Source: Dehalococcoidia bacterium
GTDB lineage: Bacteria > Chloroflexota > Dehalococcoidia > Plut-88900
Length of the DNA stretch: 64,000 nt
Direction of reading: 5' to 3'
Assembly: GCA_965249275.1 (NCBI GenBank)
Contig: CBDFLQ010000007.1
Location: 224,001 to 288,000 of the forward strand
The translations under genes and the position numbers were made by a program. Every line of letters starts with the position of its first letter. Position 1 is the stretch's first letter. Under the pieces are notes generated by a model. That model was not told the DNA's origin, made no database searches, and saw nothing but the letters and a program-made list of their open reading frames with translations. Positions 20,008 to 28,493 of this stretch are shown one piece after another.

Positions 20008-21350
20008 GAGTCATCACCGACCTAACCGAGGCCCGTGACTTCCTCAGTCGGCTCCACGGCGGCCCCGACGCCCCTTTGAGTCCCAAAGTCGCCGCCGGCA
20101 TTGAACGCGTATTCGGCGAACCTCTATCTCTTCCCGAAGCCGTCACCGGCATCCTCGATGACGTCCGTACCAAAGGTGACGCCGCTCTCTTCGACTACCT
20201 CCGCCGCATCGACAACATTTCCCCCGACCACCTGGAAGTCCCCCAAAGCGCCCTTGATGCCACCCTGGATAAAATCCCCCCCAATGTCGCCGACTCCCTG
20301 AGATTTGCCGCCTGCCGCATCCAGGATTACCAGACCGAGTTAGCCCGGCACACCATCCGGGATTTCACAAGCAACGGCCTCGGCCAGAGAGTCACCGCCC
20401 TGGACAGGGTCGGCCTCTACGTTCCCGGCGGCACCGCCGTTTATCCTTCCACCGTGCTAATGACTGCCATTCCCGCCCGAGTCGCGGGCGTCCGGGAGAT
20501 CATTCTGGTAACTCCCCCCCGCCCCAATGGCTCAATCGCGCCCGTCGTCCTTGCGGCCGCGGCAATCGCCCGAGTCGATAGAGTCTTCGCCATCGGCGGC
20601 GCACAGGCCATAGCCGCCCTCGCTTACGGCACCGAGTCCATCCCCGCCGTCGACAAGATTTTTGGCCCCGGCAACGTCTTCGTACAGACCGCCAAGCGCA
20701 TGGTTTTCGGCACCGTAGGCGTCGACACCATCCAGGGCCCCACCGAGGCCGTCACCGTCGCCGATGACCACATTTCACCCTCCTGGTGCGCCGCCGACAT
20801 CCTCGCCCAGGCCGAGCACGACCCAGATTCCGTATCCATTCTCATTACCGATTCCCCGTCCCTCGCCGAGCGGGTCGAATCGGAGCTCACCGACCTACGT
20901 CAGCGTTCCCAGCGTCTCGATATCCTCACCCAGTCCATGGACGCCAATGGCGCTATTATCGTCACCGAATCCATTGAGCAGGCCATTGATCTATCCAACC
21001 TCTACGCCCCGGAACACCTCTGCCTCATGGTCCGCAACGCCGACCGCTATGTTGACCTAGTTAAGAACGCCGGGGCCCTGTTCCTGGGAGACCACTCTCC
21101 CCACGTTCTCGGGGACTACGTCGCAGGCCCGAGCCACGCCCTCCCCACGGCAGGCGCCGCCCGTTACAGCTCTGCCCTCGGCGTTAATGACTTTCTGAAA
21201 TCCATGTCTATAATCTCCCTGTCGGAAGAAGAGGCGGGCCCCCTTCTGGCGCACGGCATAGCGATTGCCCGACAGGAGGGCTTCGAGTCCCACGCCCGCT
21301 CCCTGGAAGTCCGCACCGCCCAGCATTCCGTTAGCAGCGCCGGAGACTGA
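20004..21350 (+). CDS. hisD: Histidinol dehydrogenase
   Basis: GLYVPGG, GGAQAIAALAYG, GPGN, AQAEHD, APEHL, GDYVAGPSH. Confidence 0.97.
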   Translation: MRVITDLTEARDFLSRLHGGPDAPLSPKVAAGIERVFGEPLSLPEAVTGILDDVRTKGDAALFDYLRRIDNISPDHLEVPQSALDATLDKIPPNVADSLRFAACRIQDYQTELARHTIRDFTSNGLGQRVTALDRVGLYVPGGTAVYPSTVLMTAIPARVAGVREIILVTPPRPNGSIAPVVLAAAAIARVDRVFAIGGAQAIAALAYGTESIPAVDKIFGPGNVFVQTAKRMVFGTVGVDTIQGPTEAVTVADDHISPSWCAADILAQAEHDPDSVSILITDSPSLAERVESELTDLRQRSQRLDILTQSMDANGAIIVTESIEQAIDLSNLYAPEHLCLMVRNADRYVDLVKNAGALFLGDHSPHVLGDYVAGPSHALPTAGAARYSSALGVNDFLKSMSIISLSEEEAGPLLAHGIAIARQEGFESHARSLEVRTAQHSVSSAGD

Positions 21351-21352
21351 AC

Positions 21353-22480
21353 ATGGATACGGAAAAGTCTCGACCCTCAATCCGAGACCTCATGCGCCCC
21401 GACCTCCGTCACCTCGCGGGCTACACCCCCGTCGTCCCTGTCGAGCGCCTGGTCGCCGAGACCGCAGCCTCATCTGGGGTGGCGCTGACCCCGGTCAAGC
21501 TGGACGCCAACGAAAACCCCTACGGCCCCTCTCCCCGCGTCCTCCAGGCCATATCTGAAAGCGAGGCCCTCCACACCTACCCCGACGCTGAGCAGCGCAC
21601 CCTCCGCGCCGCCCTCGCCGAGTACGCCGGGCTCGCCACCGAGAACATAATTGTCGGCAACGGCTCTGACGAAGTCCTCGACATGATTATCCGTCTCCTC
21701 CTGGAACCGGGTGATCGAGTGCTCAGCTGTATCCCCACATTCGGCATGTACAAGTTCCTCACCGACGTTGCCGGCGGCCAACTCATTGAGCTCCAACGCA
21801 CACCTGATTACGGGATTGACCTCGACGCCATAAAAGCCGCCACCGACGAACGTACCAAGCTCATCTTCCTCGCCTCCCCCAACAACCCCACCGGCAACAG
21901 TGTCCCGCGGGATAAGGTGATAGCCCTCCTGGAAATGGGCCTTTATGTTGTCATCGACGAGGCCTACTTCGAGTTTGCAGGCCACACCGTCGCCGACCTG
22001 GTCAAAGACTACGAAAACCTGATGGTAGTTAGGACATTCAGCAAGTGGGCGGGTCTCGCCGGCGTTCGAATCGGCTACGCCATCGTCTCCCCCGAGGTCT
22101 GTGCCTGCCTCAACCAGATCAAGCAGCCCTACAACATCAGCGTATTTGCCCAGATAGCCGCTTTGGAGTCTCTACGGGACCGGGATTACCTGATGCGCAA
22201 CGTCCAGGCCCTTGTGAAGGAAAGAGCCCGGCTCTTCGATTTCCTGCAGGGTCTCGACTACCTCTCTCCCGTCCCCTCTGAGGGCAACTACATCCTCTGC
22301 AACGTCATCCGTGGGAACGGCGAGCAGGTCTTCAACCTGCTGAAACAGCGTAATATATTCGTCCGGTATTATGATAGACCTAACTTGAAAAACTGCTTCC
22401 GAATCAGCGTCGGCAAGCCGGACGAAACCGACCGCCTCGTCGACGCCCTCGCAGAGATTGGCTTGGAATTGAATGGCTGA
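21353..22480 (+). CDS. hisC: Histidinol-phosphate aminotransferase
   Basis: [41 protein letters not shown]. Confidence 0.95.
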   Translation: MDTEKSRPSIRDLMRPDLRHLAGYTPVVPVERLVAETAASSGVALTPVKLDANENPYGPSPRVLQAISESEALHTYPDAEQRTLRAALAEYAGLATENIIVGNGSDEVLDMIIRLLLEPGDRVLSCIPTFGMYKFLTDVAGGQLIELQRTPDYGIDLDAIKAATDERTKLIFLASPNNPTGNSVPRDKVIALLEMGLYVVIDEAYFEFAGHTVADLVKDYENLMVVRTFSKWAGLAGVRIGYAIVSPEVCACLNQIKQPYNISVFAQIAALESLRDRDYLMRNVQALVKERARLFDFLQGLDYLSPVPSEGNYILCNVIRGNGEQVFNLLKQRNIFVRYYDRPNLKNCFRISVGKPDETDRLVDALAEIGLELNG

Positions 22481-23072
22481 CAGACACGCCCTGCTCGAAC
22501 GAAAGACCGGTGAGACCGACATATCCATTGAGGTCGAGATCGACGGCACGGGCCAGTACACCGTCGACACCGGAGTCCCGATGCTCGACCACATGCTTTC
22601 CCAGCTAGCCCGTCACGGCGCTTTCGACCTCAATATCAGTGCCCGGTCCTCCACAGACCCCGACGGCCACCACACAGTCGAGGACGTTGCCATTCTCCTT
22701 GGAAGGGCCTTTGGCCAGGCTCTCGGGGACCGCACGGGCATCGTCAGGATGTCCCATGCCCTTGTACCCCTCGACGAGGCCCTCGCCCTTGTTGCTCTGG
22801 ACCTCGGCGGCCGAGGCTACGCCCAGGTCGACCTATCCTTCACCCAGCCCGTAGTAGGCGGCCTCACCTCCGACATGGCTCGGCACTTCCTGGAGTCCTT
22901 CGCCATCGAAGGCCGCTTCAACATCCATGCCAAAATTGAAGCTGGCACGAACGACCACCACAAAATCGAGGCCCTATTCAAAGCCCTCGCCAAATCCATG
23001 GACGCCGCCTCCCGCATAGACTCCCGCACCGCCTCCCAAGTCCCCAGCACCAAAGGCGTCATAGAAACCTAG
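22473..23072 (+). CDS. hisB: Imidazoleglycerol-phosphate dehydratase
   Basis: RKTGET, HHTVED, NDHHKIE, PSTKG. Confidence 0.97.
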   Translation: MADRHALLERKTGETDISIEVEIDGTGQYTVDTGVPMLDHMLSQLARHGAFDLNISARSSTDPDGHHTVEDVAILLGRAFGQALGDRTGIVRMSHALVPLDEALALVALDLGGRGYAQVDLSFTQPVVGGLTSDMARHFLESFAIEGRFNIHAKIEAGTNDHHKIEALFKALAKSMDAASRIDSRTASQVPSTKGVIET

Positions 23073-23124
23073 AACGTCCGGGGGCCGCTTAGACCTTCTC
23101 TGGGAGGAGGGTATTCAGTTGTGG

Positions 23125-23766
23125 AGGGAAACTCGGTTTTGCTTGTTTGGATTGTTGGGAGGGGGAAGGCGATGGAAGGTCCGGGACTCGAGGGCAGGGG
23201 CGGGAGGCCAGCCTGCGATTACCCCACCTGTCTCTGCTGTGGCGGACGAGAGAGGCGGGGTGTCTCGTCCACAAGAGGGCACTCGACCATTCGGAGGGAT
23301 GGGAGTGCGACTCAACTTCCGCCGCTGGGTGGGAATCTCCGAGGGAACGACGGTGGAGTCGGAGCCTGGGGCACGAAGGCCCCTGGCCAGCCCTACATTA
23401 GCGGGCTCGTATATTCGCGTGCTATGCGCATAGCGTTGACTCAAATGCTTCGGGTGAGGGAGCGTTGAATCGGCTGGCGTTGTAAGGGTGGATGCCCTTA
23501 GAGTCTATGGACCTACCATCGCCTGATGGTCAGGGAAGGGATAGCCGGGGCCTTTAGTATGAGGAGATGGCGACTTTCGCTTGAGCCGGAGGGCGTCGCG
23601 CGGCGCACCTGCGGGATGGGCTAGGACGTTGAGTCCTCTGCTATGTGGGCCGGGGCTGGGGTTCCCCCTGGGTATTGGCGCCTCCTTTGGGATTAGGGTG
23701 AGTGATTGGCCTATCGAGGGTGAATATAGCACAAGTGTTTTGCTTGAGTCAAGGGGTTCGCGTCAC
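23125..23766 (-). ncRNA. Putative large structured ncRNA element, copy B (inverted)
   Basis: Reverse complement begins GTGACGCGAACCCC-TTGACT-18bp-TATATT; long-range stem 23509-23524 / 23167-23182; shares blocks GAGGACTCAACG, AGCCCATCCC, GGCTCAAGCGAAAGTCGCCATCTCCTCAT. Confidence 0.7.
23723..23752 (-). promoter_or_regulatory. Sigma70-type promoter of element copy B
   Basis: TTGACT (23752-23747) - 18 bp - extended TGc-TATATT (23728-23723). Confidence 0.65.
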
Positions 23767-23837
23767 TCGCTTCAGCGAGTCTTCGACCCCATCCCCTTTC
23801 ATGCGGGAGGGGACGCCACCCCATTCCGCTCTTGAGA

Positions 23838-24004
23838 CCCTTCGACTCGGCTCACGCCACGGCGCATCTTCGACAGGGCGAGCGGAATACCCTGCCCCCA
23901 GGAATGGAAAGGGCGTATTTCGTGAGCCGGTTCAGGGGAGGGGGGGTGCGACCACGAGAGTCGTTCCTAGGGGGGAGGGATCACCCTCACCCTAGCCCTC
24001 TCCC
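23838..24004. repeat. REP-like repeats
   Basis: CCCTTCGAC..GCTC[insert]AGGGCGAGCGG (from 23838) and CCCTCACCCTAGCCCTCTCCC (23984-24004). Confidence 0.65.
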
Positions 24005-24006
24005 AT

Positions 24007-25212
24007 TGTATAGACCGGGGACATAGGTAACAGTTGTTCGGAGACATGGGTTACACCATAAGGCATGATAAATCTGATTCAGGAGGGTTTTCATGCCATG
24101 GAAGGTTGCAAGTGCCATGTCTCAACGCGAAGAGTTCGTCGCCCTGGCGCAGTCCGAGGATGTGAATATGAGCGAGCTGTGTCTGCGCAGTGGGATCAGC
24201 CGCAAGACCGGCTACAAGTGGCTGAGACGATGCCTTGAAGGCGGAGAGCAGAGTCTGGATGATCTCCCGAAGCGTCCCCGTCACTCCCCGAACCGCACGG
24301 GCGCCGAGATGGAGCAGCTCGTCGTAGACCTTCGTAGGGAGCACCCCACCAAGGGAGGACACGTACTGGCCAGGATGCTCAAGGATAGTGGTCACAACGG
24401 CGTGCCGTCCAAGAGCACGGTCACGGCCATCCTCAGGCGACATCGACTTATAGAGCCGGCCGACAGCCTCAAGCACAAGCCGTACAGGCGCTTCGAGCAC
24501 CAACGGCCCAACGACCTTTGGCAAATGGACTTCAAGGGGCATATCCCAGTAGACAGTGGTGGACGGTGTCACCCACTGACGGTACTGGACGACCATTCGA
24601 GGTTCTCCCTGGGCGTGAGGGCTTGTGCAGACGAGAAGACTCAGACCGTCCATGACCATCTCACGTCCATCTTCCGCCGCTACGGCATGCCCAACACGAT
24701 ACTGGTAGACAATGGCTCCCCCTGGGGCAGCGACTTCTACCACCCCTTCACCCCGCTCACCGTCTGGCTGGTGCACCTGGGAGTCAGGGTGGTCCATAGC
24801 AGGCCATACCATCCCCAGACTCTCGGCAAGCTTGAACGCTTCCACAGGTCCCTCAAGACGGAACTGCTCCAGGGAAGTAAATACACCGACCTGTCCCACT
24901 GCCAGAGCAGCTTTGACAGGTGGAGAGACTTCTACAACCTCCAGCGGCCTCACCACGCCCTGGACCTCGATACCCCTGCCAGCAGATACACCATCAGCCC
25001 TCGGCCTTTCCCGGAGACCCTTCCGGCCGTCGAGTACGATGCCGATGACCAGGTACGCTCCGTCGATGTCAACGGCCGAATATCCTTCCTGGGCAGATCA
25101 CTTCCCATCGGTAAAGCCTTCAGAAACAGGCGGGTCGCGCTGAGGCCCACGGCCAACGATGGCACATGGAAGGTCTTTTTCTCCGTACAGCCCATCGCTA
25201 CCATAGATCTAG
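24007..25212 (+). mobile_element. IS481-family insertion sequence, right end not found
   Basis: 5'-TGT terminus followed by repeated GACATAGGTAACA/GACATGGGTTACA motifs, then a DDE transposase; no matching right end beyond the IS5. Confidence 0.85.
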
Positions 25213-25223
25213 GAAACCTCTGA
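24093..25223 (+). CDS. IS481 family transposase (last codons read into the IS5)
   Basis: MPWK start, HTH ISRKTGYKW, WQMDFKG, DDHSRF, VDNGSPW, PQTLGKLERFH. Confidence 0.93.
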   Translation: MPWKVASAMSQREEFVALAQSEDVNMSELCLRSGISRKTGYKWLRRCLEGGEQSLDDLPKRPRHSPNRTGAEMEQLVVDLRREHPTKGGHVLARMLKDSGHNGVPSKSTVTAILRRHRLIEPADSLKHKPYRRFEHQRPNDLWQMDFKGHIPVDSGGRCHPLTVLDDHSRFSLGVRACADEKTQTVHDHLTSIFRRYGMPNTILVDNGSPWGSDFYHPFTPLTVWLVHLGVRVVHSRPYHPQTLGKLERFHRSLKTELLQGSKYTDLSHCQSSFDRWRDFYNLQRPHHALDLDTPASRYTISPRPFPETLPAVEYDADDQVRSVDVNGRISFLGRSLPIGKAFRNRRVALRPTANDGTWKVFFSVQPIATIDLGNL

Positions 25224-26408
25224 ACAAGTCTAAGGGCATAGGTAATAGGTAAGATAGGGAGAGTAAGGCCAAAGCTGAGGTGAGATTTGATGGAGCAGCC
25301 GACATTTGCAGACTTGGAATACGAGGGCAAGAAGCGAAAGACCCGCCGGGAGATATTTCTGGAGCGGATGGAGGACCTGGTTCCATGGGGAAAGTTAGAG
25401 GAGCGAATCCGGCCCTACTATTCCAGGGCGGGCCGTGGACGGAGGCCCTACGAGTTGTCGGTGATGCTGCGGATACACTGCGTGCAGCTGTTCTACAACC
25501 TGAGCGATCCGGGCATGGAGGACATGCTCTACGAGGTGGAGTCGGTGAGGCGGTTCGCAGGTCTGAGGCTGTCCGGCCCCTTGCCTGACGAGACTACGAT
25601 ACTGAACTTCCGCCATCTGCTGGAAGAGCAGGAGTTGGGTCGGGGGCTGTTCGAGGAGATCAACCGTCATCTGGAGTCTCGGGGACTGAGGCTCAGGGAG
25701 GGTACGATTGTGGATGCGAGCATCATCGAGGCGCCGGCGTCTACGAAGAACCGTGCTGGAGAGCGAGACCCCGATATGCACCAAGTGAAGAAGGGGAAGG
25801 AGTGGCACTTCGGTATGAAAGTGCACATTGGTGCAGACGCTGACACGGGGGTGGTGCACAGTATGAGTACGACAGCTGCGAACGTGCATGACGTGACGGA
25901 GGCGCACCGGCTGCTGCATGGAGGGGAGAGGCGAGTGTGGGGAGATGCGGGATATCAGGGAGTGGAGAAGCGGGCGGAGAATCGGGATATGGATGTGGAG
26001 TGGCGGGTGGCGATGAGACCTGGACGGCGTCGGAAACTGAGGGCGGGGAGCTGCGAGGCCTTAGCGGAGAAGAGCAAATCATCCATCAGGGCTAAGGTGG
26101 AGCATCCGTTCCTGTACGTGAAACGGCACTTCGGCTACGCCAAGGTCCGCTACAGGGGCTTGTACAAGAACACGCAACGGGTGGCGATGCTGCTGGGGCT
26201 GGCCAACTTGGTAAGGGCCGAGCGCCACTTAGCGGTGTGACGGAGGAGCAGTGTGGTCAAATCCGGGTCGATGGTGACTGGATGCCCTGACAGGCCAGAA
26301 CATAGGATGCAAATAAGCCACCGAGACGCAACATTACGACCCAACCTCTCCCCAAAACTCCATGCAAGACAACCTAAGCTGGTTTACAGTGAGTTGTTCA
26401 GAGCTTCC
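25213..26408 (+). mobile_element. IS5-family insertion sequence, 1196 bp, flanked by CTAG
   Basis: Imperfect 18-bp TIRs GAAACCTCTGAACAAGTC / GAGTTGTTCAGAGCTTCC; CTAG at 25209-25212 and 26409-26412. Confidence 0.92.
25287..26240 (+). CDS. IS5 family transposase
   Basis: PDETTILNFR, IVDASII, FGMKVHIG, GDAGYQG, RAKVEHPF, RYRGL. Confidence 0.95.
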   Translation: MMEQPTFADLEYEGKKRKTRREIFLERMEDLVPWGKLEERIRPYYSRAGRGRRPYELSVMLRIHCVQLFYNLSDPGMEDMLYEVESVRRFAGLRLSGPLPDETTILNFRHLLEEQELGRGLFEEINRHLESRGLRLREGTIVDASIIEAPASTKNRAGERDPDMHQVKKGKEWHFGMKVHIGADADTGVVHSMSTTAANVHDVTEAHRLLHGGERRVWGDAGYQGVEKRAENRDMDVEWRVAMRPGRRRKLRAGSCEALAEKSKSSIRAKVEHPFLYVKRHFGYAKVRYRGLYKNTQRVAMLLGLANLVRAERHLAV

Positions 26409-26464
26409 CTAGGACTTGTCCTCTCACGCCCTTCCTAGTCTTCCTTCCCCTCCCCCCTGGTAAC

Positions 26465-26505
26465 GACATATCAGCAATGTTGCAAGGCAACATTGCTGAT
26501 ATGTC
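26465..26505. repeat. Perfect 19-bp inverted repeat with a 3-nt loop
   Basis: GACATATCAGCAATGTTGC-AAG-GCAACATTGCTGATATGTC. Confidence 0.9.
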
Positions 26506-26572
26506 AATAAAACAGGGCGGGTGGGCGGGACTCAATATATCCCTGAGGGTGGTGGGGGGGCCTCTCCCAAAT

Positions 26573-27240
26573 GTGACACGAACCCCTTGACCTAATTGGA
26601 ACGTGTGTACTATTATTCCTCTCGACTAGCTCGTCACCCATTCCTAACGTAAAGGAGGAACCACAACACAGGGGGAATCCCAGCCCCGGCCCACACGAGG
26701 ACTCAACGTCCAAGCCCATCCCGCCGAGCGGCGTTAGCCGCTCCTAGGCTCAAGCGAAAGCCGCCATCTTCTCATACCATAGGCCCCGGCTTATCCTTCC
26801 CCCACCATCCACGCGATGGAAGGTCCGTAGACTATAAGCGGCAAGCCCTGTCCAAGGGCCCCTGCCGATACAACGCTCCCCTCATCAGGAGCGTATACCT
26901 CGCCCTCGCAGGCGAATACGCTGACCCCGCCAATGGCCGGGCTTAGATACAGGGCCTTTGAGCCCATAACCGACTCCCCCGCCGACGCCTTCGGAGAGGC
27001 ACGCGCACCCCTCGGCGGCTCCGAGTCCCGCTCCCATCCCTCTGCATGGTCGAGCACTTCTGGTGGTCGGGACGCCCCACACCGAGAATCCCTCGGGTCC
27101 CCTCCACATCCTCTCAGAAGCTAGGGGCTGTCCTGTGCAGGCAGTCGACGCCCACAGGCACCGGCACAGGCCTAACCGCCTCCCTGCCCAACACTCTCGG
27201 ACCTTCCATCGCCACCCTCCCCACACCAAACAAAAATCCA
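26573..27240 (+). ncRNA. Putative large structured ncRNA element, copy C
   Basis: Perfect 15-bp long-range stem 26813-26827 / 27198-27212; same conserved blocks and hairpin order as copies A and B. Confidence 0.7.
26587..26616 (+). promoter_or_regulatory. Sigma70-type promoter of element copy C, with SOS-box-like GAAC-N4-GTAC
   Basis: TTGACC - 18 bp - TATTAT; GAACGTGTGTAC at 26599-26610. Confidence 0.7.
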
Positions 27241-27285
27241 GAGTCCCAACTCCCAACTGAATAACCGACGGCCTCCCGCTCCCCT

Positions 27286-27313
27286 GTCATTCCGAGGCTC
27301 CGCGAGGAATCTA
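27286..27313. repeat. GTCATTCCG...GGAATC palindromic repeat
   Basis: Identical to 16636-16663. Confidence 0.8.
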
Positions 27314-27355
27314 GGACTTGCCCACCCACATCCTTCATAGCCTTCCCCCAACCCC

Positions 27356-28423
27356 CTATCCCGGGAAATGCGGCATCACCTCCCTCGCAAACAACCGCAT
27401 CGAGCTCCGAGTCTTCCGCGCGTCCATCCCCCCGATCTGCATCCACGCCAGTATGTGCGTTGCCCCGCGGGCCTGGTCCTCCTCCACCGCACGGCACACG
27501 TCATCGGGCGTCCCGACCATGAACGGTTTGCCCAGGAAATGCACCTTCCCTAACTCTGCAAGATCGGGTAATTCCTCCGCACTCGGCAAAGGCAGCATCC
27601 CGAACATCTCCCCCGCCATAGAATCGAATATGCCCGCCTCCGTGTACTTGGGCAGATAGCCGCGCATCTGCGCCAGGGCATGTGGGGCGTAGTCCCTCCA
27701 CGCCTGCTCCTTCGTCTCCCCGACATAGCAGTTCCGTATAACGTTCCTGAAATACTGTCCCGGGTCCCGACCGTACTTTCTCAGCGCCCGTTCGTACGGC
27801 CCGAGCATGTTCGCATCCCGGGGCCCGGTCAGGTGACAGCCGTACCTCGCCGCCCGATCTATTGCCGGCGGTATCTCATCCCCCACCGGCCTCTTCTCCG
27901 CCGCAACCCATATGGGTGGGTGTGGTTTCTGTACGGGACGGGGCAGCATCGTCACCCCATCGAAGTGAAAGTGGCGGCCCTTGAAAGTGAAGTTCTCTTC
28001 CGTGAACAACCCAATGATCGACTGCAGTCCCTCCTCCATCCTCCGTCCCCGCTCACTCCTCGGCACGTCCAGCGTATCGAATTCCGTCTTCTCGTACCCG
28101 ATCCCCAGGCCCAGGTCGAACCGACCATTGGACAACACGTCCACCATCGCCGCGTTCTCCGCAATTATCAGCGGATGATGCAGGGGCAAGATGCTGATAT
28201 TCGTCCCGATCCTTATCCGACTCGTCCTTGCGGCCATCGCTGCGCAGAGGATAAAGGGGTTGGGTGGGTACTGGGCGTCGAAGTGGTGCTCGGCAGTCCA
28301 CACTTGGTCGAAACCCAGGTCCTCTGCCAGCTCGGTGAGCTCCAGTACCTGCTGATAGTTCTCAGTGTCGGGAGTGCGAAACTCGGCCGGGTTCTCTGCG
28401 AAAAAGAACAGTCCAAACTTCAT
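27356..28423 (-). CDS. LLM class flavin-dependent oxidoreductase
   Basis: MKFGLF, GFDQVWTAEHHF, SNGRFDLGLG, PRPVQKPHPPIW. Confidence 0.92.
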   Translation of the reverse strand: MKFGLFFFAENPAEFRTPDTENYQQVLELTELAEDLGFDQVWTAEHHFDAQYPPNPFILCAAMAARTSRIRIGTNISILPLHHPLIIAENAAMVDVLSNGRFDLGLGIGYEKTEFDTLDVPRSERGRRMEEGLQSIIGLFTEENFTFKGRHFHFDGVTMLPRPVQKPHPPIWVAAEKRPVGDEIPPAIDRAARYGCHLTGPRDANMLGPYERALRKYGRDPGQYFRNVIRNCYVGETKEQAWRDYAPHALAQMRGYLPKYTEAGIFDSMAGEMFGMLPLPSAEELPDLAELGKVHFLGKPFMVGTPDDVCRAVEEDQARGATHILAWMQIGGMDARKTRSSMRLFAREVMPHFPG

Positions 28424-28493
28424 ACTTAGGTTCTCCGTTCTGACATGGATTCAAGCCTGCTTAGGCTTGCTCTCCGAAGAATAGCAGGCAACC

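Noticed and set aside
26573-27240. Element as RNase P RNA, tmRNA, SRP/6S RNA or group II intron
   Set aside because: GATGGAAGGTCC and CCCGGCTTA resemble RNase P motifs only superficially and are in the wrong order; no tRNA-like ends, no domain V or GUGCG boundary seen; three diverged copies are atypical of housekeeping RNAs. An Rfam search is still needed
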